Below are positions 57,766-64,000 of a stretch of DNA of 64,000 nucleotides, one piece after another. The notes under the pieces were generated by a model that did not search any database, was not told the DNA's origin, and worked only from the letters and a program-made list of their open reading frames with translations. The position numbers and the translations under genes are program-made. Positions within the stretch are counted from its first letter, which is position 1. Every line of letters starts with the position of its first letter. The DNA comes from Myxococcales bacterium (GTDB lineage Bacteria; Myxococcota; UBA727; JABDBI01), in assembly GCA_023248545.1 (NCBI GenBank), contig JAHFEF010000011.1:162-64161 (forward strand), in the 5' to 3' direction.

Positions 57766-59156
57766 AACGCGATTTGCGTGCCGACGTCTTGTTCAGAGTG
57801 CTTGGCTTTTGCGCGCTCTTTTTCAAGGGCTCTGACCTCAAGCTCAAGGCTTCTGAAGCGATAGAGTGTCTCTCCGGAATCTTCGTTCAGCTCTAACTCA
57901 CCGCCGAGTTTAATCACTTCGCGCGTGAGTTCGTGTTGTGATGGTTTGACGCCGGCATTGTTTTCCCAGGCGCGCTCTAACACTGGCTCCTGGACTCCAT
58001 GACCAGTGAGTTTGTTGAGCACCGTGAGCAACAGACCTTTGCGGCCATTTTCGCGGTTCACTTTGGCTTGCTCTCTTGGGCGCGTCGCCATTCGAATCAA
58101 GGGTAGCGCAAACAACACGGCCGAAAACCAAAATGGAATCCAGCCTAACACCACGGGTGCACCAAAATCGGGTGGCATCATGTGTGGCGGTACGCCTCTC
58201 AAAATCCAAGATAACTTTTCAATCGTCCAGCCATTTTGAATCGCCACGGTGCTCATGATGAAGTTAAAGCCATTTAAGCCGGCGATCAGCATATTGGAAC
58301 CCACGGGGTTACCTGTCAGAGGCCCCAAGATTTTTTTCTTGAGCCAACCCGGTTCGCTGCGCATTGTAAAACTGGTCTGTGTGGTTTTTCGGAGCTCTGG
58401 GAAAGAATATGTAATTCCGCCGAACTCGGAGACTTTTACATCGCCATTGTATTCGAGCATGAGGGCGGCAATAAATGGGTCGGCCTGTTCACGCGTCATG
58501 CCTGTCACGCGCAGCACATCGAGTAACCCGATTCGGCCTTGCTGAGCACGAATCTCTTCTAAAACGCGCTTCTTATTTTCCAAGGGATCGACTGGCGCTT
58601 CTTCAGGTCCAAAGAAAAAGCGGTTCACTTTCTCATAAAAGGGTGTCTCCGAATTGCGCTGTCTGGGAGGTGCATAACGAGATGCATAATAGGGTGAGAA
58701 CGGATGAAACGTCCAAAAGAGCGAGTCTAAGATTACCCGAAATAAAACGTCAAACATCAAGAAGCCGCCCAATGAGTTGCCACCCCGATCATCTCGGTCT
58801 GAGCTTTTGGCAAATGATAACGCGATCAAGATCGCCGCGAAAATTGCCACATAGCCAACCATCACGATGGTGATCCAGGCTCTGACCACAAACTTGGCGA
58901 TGCCTAATGCGCCTTTTTTAAGTTTCTTGAAAAATAAATCTAAAGCTTCCTGAGTTTCCCACGGTTTTGAAAACCCGGTTGGGAACCTAAATAAGAGGTC
59001 ACCCTTTTCAGTGGGAATCAACTCACCCCTGTATTCTGCCACCAGAGCGTATAAGCCTCGCTCTGTTTGCTCAAAAGACAGCCCGCTGGCCGTGGACGCA
59101 TCGGCGATGGTAAAAGCGTTCTTGGGGGTTTTAATGGCCTTTTGTAAAACATCCAT
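57762..59156 (-). CDS. Conserved membrane protein resembling the cyanobacterial/plastid At5g03900-type family
   Basis: TIADA...GL...L.ALVAEY.G.L...GDLLFRFP; the motif recurs (YNGDVKVSEFGGITYSFPEL); two TM regions. Confidence 0.6.
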   Translation of the reverse strand: MDVLQKAIKTPKNAFTIADASTASGLSFEQTERGLYALVAEYRGELIPTEKGDLLFRFPTGFSKPWETQEALDLFFKKLKKGALGIAKFVVRAWITIVMVGYVAIFAAILIALSFAKSSDRDDRGGNSLGGFLMFDVLFRVILDSLFWTFHPFSPYYASRYAPPRQRNSETPFYEKVNRFFFGPEEAPVDPLENKKRVLEEIRAQQGRIGLLDVLRVTGMTREQADPFIAALMLEYNGDVKVSEFGGITYSFPELRKTTQTSFTMRSEPGWLKKKILGPLTGNPVGSNMLIAGLNGFNFIMSTVAIQNGWTIEKLSWILRGVPPHMMPPDFGAPVVLGWIPFWFSAVLFALPLIRMATRPREQAKVNRENGRKGLLLTVLNKLTGHGVQEPVLERAWENNAGVKPSQHELTREVIKLGGELELNEDSGETLYRFRSLELEVRALEKERAKAKHSEQDVGTQIAF

Positions 59157-59200
59157 ATTGACTTCCTACACTAGGCTTTTATGTTGAGAGCATCAAGTGG

Positions 59201-59273
59201 GGTCCTGTAACTCAGTTGGTAGAGTGCCACCCTTACAAGGTGGAGGTCGCAAGTTCGAGTCTTGCCGGGACCA
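59201..59273 (+). tRNA. tRNA-Val (anticodon TAC); CCA not encoded
   Basis: Acceptor stem GGTCCTG/CGGGACC, D-arm ACTC..GAGT, anticodon arm CCACC-CTTACAA-GGTGG, T-arm GCAAG-TTCGAGT-CTTGC. Confidence 0.97.
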
Positions 59274-59280
59274 TCAATAA

Positions 59281-59316
59281 AAAAAGCCTTTCGGGAAATA
59301 AACCGAAAGGCTTTTT
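59281..59316. terminator. Bidirectional intrinsic terminator between tRNA-Val and the HU gene
   Basis: AAAAAGCCTTTCGG-gaaataaa-CCGAAAGGCTTTTT. Confidence 0.9.
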
Positions 59317-59326
59317 CGTTTTCTAA

Positions 59327-59599
59327 CTATAGCTGGTCTTTGAAAGCACGAGCTGGTTTGAAACCAACGGTGCGGGAAGCTTTGATTTTGATTTCGCTGC
59401 CGGTACGTGGGTCACGGCCGGTGCGAGCTTTGCGGGAGCGGACAACAAAAGTACCAAAACCTGGGTAGGCGAATTTTTCATCTTTCTTAATGCTGTGTTG
59501 CATTGCATCAAACACGGCATCAATGATTTCAGCGCCTGTCTTCTTGGTAAGGCCACTTTGGTTCTTGCATACGAAATCGACGAGTTCTTGTTTTGTCAT
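59327..59599 (-). CDS. hup: DNA-binding protein HU
   Basis: MTKQELV...GFGTF...RKARTGRDPRTG..IKI.A...VGFKP. Confidence 0.96.
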   Translation of the reverse strand: MTKQELVDFVCKNQSGLTKKTGAEIIDAVFDAMQHSIKKDEKFAYPGFGTFVVRSRKARTGRDPRTGSEIKIKASRTVGFKPARAFKDQL

Positions 59600-59686
59600 T
59601 GTTCATCCTTTTCATTTGTAAAAGCCCAATTCGGCTTTTGCTAAGACATTTGTTGTCTGATATGCGATCAAAGGTCAACTAAAATC

Positions 59687-60505
59687 ATGAAATTTGGCAA
59701 AATTAAAGCACATTTCGGGGTAGAAGTCCTCGTCCAAGACCGCCTGGGGGCTGTGTCCCGGGTCAAGATCGGTCGAAAGTCAGGTCACGTTGTGGGCGAT
59801 GAAGTCCAAATTATGGACGGCCGATTAACCCGGTTGGAACGCCATAATGAGTTAATTCGCAAAACACAATTTGGCGATCAAGTTTTGGCATCTAACTTGG
59901 ATTACGTCGGTATTGTTGTCTCGATCATGCCTAAAACACCCGTGTATTTTGTCGATCAAGTGATCATCGCTTGTCGTGCGCAGCAGATTGAGCCGTTTAT
60001 AATTGTCACCAAGTTAGATCTTCCCGGCTCCGAAGAATTCGCACAAAGTCTTCGCCAAGATTATTCTGGAAGCGTTCAAATAGTTATTGGGCTTCAGCAA
60101 CTTCAAGCGTTTTTGAATCAGAAAGCACGATTTATTTTTGTCGGGGTTTCCGGGGCTGGAAAAAGCACGCTTATGAACCAACTGATCCCCGACGCAGGGC
60201 AAGCCACAGGCGATTTGAGTGAACACGGAAATACGGGCCGCCACACGACATCAGGTTCTGTTTTGTTCGATCTGCCATCGGGCGGTGAACTCATAGATAG
60301 TCCGGGCGTCCGAGATTTTGCTCCGGTCGATTTAAGTCCAGAACAAATCGCACACTATTTTCCAGGATTCGAAAAATTGGCTGAAACGCCCTGCAAATTC
60401 CGAGATTGCAAGCATTTACAAGAACCCGGGTGTTTGGTGCGCGAGCAAGCAGACCCTAGGCGTTATGCGCAGTACTTAAGTATTCGCGCATCTATTCAAG
60501 TCTAG
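59687..60505 (+). CDS. rsgA: Ribosome small subunit-dependent GTPase A
   Basis: TKLD, GVSGAGKSTL, GRHTT, DSPG, zinc finger CKFRDCKH..EPGC. Confidence 0.95.
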   Translation: MKFGKIKAHFGVEVLVQDRLGAVSRVKIGRKSGHVVGDEVQIMDGRLTRLERHNELIRKTQFGDQVLASNLDYVGIVVSIMPKTPVYFVDQVIIACRAQQIEPFIIVTKLDLPGSEEFAQSLRQDYSGSVQIVIGLQQLQAFLNQKARFIFVGVSGAGKSTLMNQLIPDAGQATGDLSEHGNTGRHTTSGSVLFDLPSGGELIDSPGVRDFAPVDLSPEQIAHYFPGFEKLAETPCKFRDCKHLQEPGCLVREQADPRRYAQYLSIRASIQV

Positions 60506-61163
60506 CCCTTCTTTGTCCAACTTCGGCCAAAACCCCATTTAATCTAGCGGCAAGTTCTGTGTCGCGCGGGTCTGTGCTTATGCCTACGTTCACTGAAAAT
60601 ACAGTTCTGCCGCGACGATTAGGTCGTGCTTGTTCAATAATCTGCACCCCGTAACCAAGCCGGCTTAAGTTGAGATTAAATGCACGAACTATGCGCCGAC
60701 GTGCTCCTATCTCGCCACCTGGAAAAACGTTCTGCAGGAATCCGATAGAAGTTTCCAAATCGGGTCTAGAATTGTATCGTTCTAGAGGCTCTTCCCCTTC
60801 TGTGTCAGCGTCTGCGAAATAGTCCAGATCTTCAGCCACAGCCATCGGTCTTGGAAGTGGCAAGGCCAAGCGGTACTTTCCAAGACTCAGTCCAGGATGA
60901 CGAAGCAGCTGTAAAATAGAAAAACCAATTCGTCTCAAGATTCCATCTTCGGATAGCGCATCTCGTCCATCTCTCGCATTCTCGTGCTGTGGATTTAATT
61001 GGAACGCTTGGTTATAAAAACGGAGTGCTGATTCGCGATCGCCCAAACGTTCAGCTTCTAAGCCCTGAGCATATGCCTGATTGGCGGCAGTGCGCTGCTC
61101 TTCTGCCCCGGCAAGCAAGTTGAAGGAAAAAATCAAGAAACATATTTTGCAAATAGATCTCAT
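60492..61163 (-). CDS. Hypothetical secreted protein with one TPR-like motif
   Basis: Signal peptide; AYAQGLEAERLGDRESALRFYNQAFQLNPQH. Confidence 0.65.
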   Translation of the reverse strand: MRSICKICFLIFSFNLLAGAEEQRTAANQAYAQGLEAERLGDRESALRFYNQAFQLNPQHENARDGRDALSEDGILRRIGFSILQLLRHPGLSLGKYRLALPLPRPMAVAEDLDYFADADTEGEEPLERYNSRPDLETSIGFLQNVFPGGEIGARRRIVRAFNLNLSRLGYGVQIIEQARPNRRGRTVFSVNVGISTDPRDTELAARLNGVLAEVGQRRARLE

Positions 61164-61166
61164 GTT

Positions 61167-61679
61167 CTATTTCATCTCCTTGAGGCGCTTAGCCCTGATT
61201 TTGCTGACACGTTCTGCCTCTATAACTGCATATGTTACGAATGCAAATGTCATCAACGTGACACCACCGATTATCCATACATGCTCTTGAATAGCCCTTA
61301 TGACAGCACTGGGCAACCCTACCAATGTGACCATTGAGTGATCAATCATTTGAAGTCCAGGGCCAATCTCACACTGGCCAGGGCCTCGAGTCACTGGGGT
61401 TATGTCATCAATTTTTGGCTTCCAAGCTTTCATCTCCGATTCGATATTTTCCTGAGTTTGGCTCGTGCATTTTCTAAAACCCTGGCCAACACAAACTAAG
61501 ATAAAACCAGACTTTGCTAAATTTTTTGAAGGAACGATTTCACACTTTTCTTCCAGTTGTCCATTGCCGTCGAGTTTTCGATAAATTCGTGTTTGCCCAT
61601 CAGTACAGGGAGATCCCGCTATACAGTAAGTTGAAACAAATAATAGACTCAGAAAAAATTTTAATTCAGAATTTCGCAT
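61167..61679 (-). CDS. Hypothetical Cys-containing membrane-anchored protein
   Basis: Signal peptide, several Cys residues, C-terminal TM helix. Confidence 0.6.
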   Translation of the reverse strand: MRNSELKFFLSLLFVSTYCIAGSPCTDGQTRIYRKLDGNGQLEEKCEIVPSKNLAKSGFILVCVGQGFRKCTSQTQENIESEMKAWKPKIDDITPVTRGPGQCEIGPGLQMIDHSMVTLVGLPSAVIRAIQEHVWIIGGVTLMTFAFVTYAVIEAERVSKIRAKRLKEMK

Positions 61680-62053
61680 TGAATATCGTCAAGATTAAAC
61701 TCACTCCCACGGACCAATTGCCTGAGGTTTGTTTCTAAGAACGGCTCCTGTCGATCGACATCCAAGCAGACCTTTGTGACTTCTTCTGAACACTGCACGA
61801 GAACTCGATCACTGTCTAATTTGGGATCAGCCGGATTTTGACATGTTTCCAATGGTTTAATCCGGGGCAGAGGATTTTTATTGGCAGCCTGCAAGATTTT
61901 GATATTTAAAAATAGCTCCGATGGTTTTGTTTCATCGATCAAATCTCGAGCCCTGATTGCCTCACGTAAGGCATTAACACCCCGAAGTTGAAGCGCGCAC
62001 AGGTCTAAGTGCAACGCAATGACTACAAAAAATAAAAACCTCTGGCTCATCAC
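61661..62053 (-). CDS. Hypothetical secreted protein
   Basis: GGAGG SD; signal peptide followed by ALQLRGVNALR. Confidence 0.55.
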   Translation of the reverse strand: MMSQRFLFFVVIALHLDLCALQLRGVNALREAIRARDLIDETKPSELFLNIKILQAANKNPLPRIKPLETCQNPADPKLDSDRVLVQCSEEVTKVCLDVDRQEPFLETNLRQLVRGSEFNLDDIQCEILN

Positions 62054-62061
62054 AGTCCTCC

Positions 62062-62096
62062 AAAAAACCCTGTGGAGTATCTACGCCACAGGGTTT
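62062..62096 (-). terminator. Intrinsic terminator after the 96-aa gene
   Basis: AAACCCTGTGG-10 nt-CCACAGGGTTT with a U-tract on the minus strand. Confidence 0.75.
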
Positions 62097-62101
62097 CACG
62101 C

Positions 62102-62392
62102 TTAGTTTTTTCTTGCTAGCTTCGTGATTTGATCGCTGTTGATACGAGAGGCCTCTTCTAATTCTCCAAGCCCTCGATCTAATACGTCTACATCATTTTG
62201 GGCGGCCGTAATATTGGCTATCATCGCATTGATGATTTTGTTGACCGTATTGATGCCATCCGCTCTGACAATTTCTAAGGCTGCGGCTTCGCGAGCTCGG
62301 CGCAGTGCCTCCTCTCCTCGTAGCTTAAGAGCTGCATTGGCACTTACCGAACCGACCAAGGTCAGAACAACTAGCATATTTTTTACTTTCAT
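62102..62392 (-). CDS. Hypothetical secreted coiled-coil protein
   Basis: Signal peptide ending SANA, then ALKLRGEEALRR; heptad pattern. Confidence 0.65.
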   Translation of the reverse strand: MKVKNMLVVLTLVGSVSANAALKLRGEEALRRAREAAALEIVRADGINTVNKIINAMIANITAAQNDVDVLDRGLGELEEASRINSDQITKLARKN

Positions 62393-63027
62393 TTTTTCTC
62401 CTCATTTCTTTTTATTTGCATAATCGCCTCACTATTCAGAATAATAGCTTCAGCAAGATTATCCGAATTTTGCTTTTCAGATTCAAATTCTTCACGGGTT
62501 ATAAAATCCGAAGTTCCAAATGTCTTCTTAGGTTTTTTATGTTCAATTTCAACAACGACCCGATAGTCTTCGATCGCTTTCCAGTCGATCGGAGCGCTTT
62601 TTTCGTCACGCATAAAAAACACGGTATTTTCGGTTTGATTGCGTTTCAAAATCTCTTTTAATAAAGATCTAATCTCGGTAAAACCAAAACCTCGATGATG
62701 AACATCTTCATACAAGGCAGCTAAGTCGACTTGAACAACATGAATATTCTTAGCCATTGCCGAGACTCTTGCGAATACATCTTCGGCTAAAACGCCAGCT
62801 ACAATGAGTTGTTTCGGTTTGCCGTCTTCGAAATGCTGAATCATGTGATGAGCATCATCTGAGACAGGAGTGCTATTGGGCTCGGATGTCGACGGGGTCT
62901 CGCTTAAATTAATTGCATATCGATTTAAATCGAAAGAATTGATGTTGAAACTGTCTTCGTCACAGGACATAGCAAAAACAAATGTAAATATAAGCACAGA
63001 AAACTTCATAATAGTTTCTGCACTCAT
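62389..63027 (-). CDS. Hypothetical lipoprotein
   Basis: Lipobox AMSC; ATGA overlap with the downstream gene. Confidence 0.6.
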   Translation of the reverse strand: MSAETIMKFSVLIFTFVFAMSCDEDSFNINSFDLNRYAINLSETPSTSEPNSTPVSDDAHHMIQHFEDGKPKQLIVAGVLAEDVFARVSAMAKNIHVVQVDLAALYEDVHHRGFGFTEIRSLLKEILKRNQTENTVFFMRDEKSAPIDWKAIEDYRVVVEIEHKKPKKTFGTSDFITREEFESEKQNSDNLAEAIILNSEAIMQIKRNEEKK

Positions 63028-63114
63028 ATCAAAATTCGAATTTGTGTCAACAAGTATTATTTTGCTGGCTATTTTAAGACCCTAAAAACCGAGCATTGTA
63101 CCGTCGTGATTCTA

Positions 63115-63279
63115 CTAGTTATGATGATGTTCGTGCTCGTGTTCGTGCTTACAATTTTCATCGTGCTGATGATCTTTTTCTTGCATCTCTCGTTCAAGTC
63201 GGTTGGCTTCAGCTTGGTTTTCAGCCATGTCACCACAGCCAGACAGGATCAAAATCCCCAATAAAATAAGTGCTTTCAT
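63115..63279 (-). CDS. Small His-rich lipoprotein (54 aa; not in the ORF track)
   Basis: Translated by hand: MKALILLGILILSGCGDMAENQAEANRLEREMQEKDHQHDENCKHEHEHEHHHN*; lipobox LSGC. Confidence 0.75.
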   Translation of the reverse strand: MKALILLGILILSGCGDMAENQAEANRLEREMQEKDHQHDENCKHEHEHEHHHN

Positions 63280-63291
63280 AGTTCAAGCTTC

Positions 63292-64000
63292 TTAGTCTTT
63301 TAAATCGCTCAGCACAAGGCCTATGCGGTTCAAGCCATCTGCCAGCTCACTTGCAGTAATGCACAGAGGCGGAGCCAGTACGAGCATCCCAAATCGCACC
63401 GTACAATATACGCCTGATTCCCAGAGGCGTTCATGGAGTCGGGAAGCTTTTTCTAATTCTTTGCCTTTGGCTCGATAGGTTACAAAGTTTTCTAGGTCTA
63501 TCGCCGCCATCAACCCGATTGAGCGCACTTCGGCGATGCGGCTATTTTTGGCTTGCATGCTCTCAAGTTGGGCTTTTAATTCGAAGCCGCGTTGAGTCGC
63601 ATTTTCTAGCAAATGCTCCGATTCATAGGCGGAAATCGCGGCATTGGCCACGGCACAGCAAAACGGATGTGCATAATGGGTCAGGCCACACCAAAGCATC
63701 TCGTTATCAAACCGAGCCGCAATTTGATCGCTGACGATCACACCAGCCAGGGGCGCATACCCTCCTGCAAGCCCTTTACCAACAGTCATGATATCGGGGA
63801 CGATGCCAAAGTGGTCAATGCCAAACCACTTGCCCGTACGCCCGAATCCGCTCATGACTTCATCAGCAATTAACAAAATTCCGTGTTTGTTGCATAAAGC
63901 CCGAATGCGGGGCCAATAGTCTGCCTCGGGTACAAATACGCCATTGGCGCCTGTGATTCCCTCCAAAAGCACGCAAGCAATTGTCTCGGGGCCTTCTATT
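63292..64000 (-). CDS. Class III (PLP) aminotransferase, 5' end outside the window
   Basis: LLIADEVMSGFGRTG, PDIMTVGKGL.GGYAP, GLTHYAHP, APPL. Confidence 0.93.
   Translation of the reverse strand, partial: IEGPETIACVLLEGITGANGVFVPEADYWPRIRALCNKHGILLIADEVMSGFGRTGKWFGIDHFGIVPDIMTVGKGLAGGYAPLAGVIVSDQIAARFDNEMLWCGLTHYAHPFCCAVANAAISAYESEHLLENATQRGFELKAQLESMQAKNSRIAEVRSIGLMAAIDLENFVTYRAKGKELEKASRLHERLWESGVYCTVRFGMLVLAPPLCITASELADGLNRIGLVLSDLKD

Noticed and set aside
59201-59273. tRNA-Val as an island integration site
   Set aside because: It is followed directly by a terminator and HU; I saw no integrase or duplicated tRNA 3' end.

Overview
Bacterial chromosomal window, gene-dense with many overlapping start/stop codons. 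Housekeeping content: mutS (5'-truncated by the window edge), pfkB kinase, lolA, smr, pnp-rpsO, sua5/tsaC, an aldehyde dehydrogenase, nuoE-N (nuoA-D not in the window), pfk-tkt-rpiB with a divergent ROK/polyphosphate glucokinase, gcvT-gcvH, clpA, tlyA, folD, hisC, tRNA-Val(TAC), HU and rsgA. Accessory content: three type II toxin-antitoxin pairs, a DUF4143 ATPase, many orphan secreted proteins and lipoproteins, a Cys-rich repeat lipoprotein, and a 1640-bp tandem duplication carrying two signal-peptide/F-box/LRR genes whose 81-bp repeats vary mainly at two codons. Most notable: (1) a ~475-bp palindromic element with G-T-biased arm mismatches between an HTH gene and a TA operon, whose terminal motif recurs 49 kb away in front of another TA operon; (2) a 32-bp REP-like repeat found in-frame inside nuoJ, nuoL and a large fusion enzyme, with a variant inside the palindromic element; (3) a 1427-aa ALDH/aminotransferase/GNAT/pseudo-aminotransferase fusion; (4) the variable F-box-LRR pair. 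Compact proteins, F-box-LRR genes and a DUF2608-like protein suggest a streamlined, eukaryote-associated bacterium (inference only). All family assignments come from motif recognition by eye; no searches were run.
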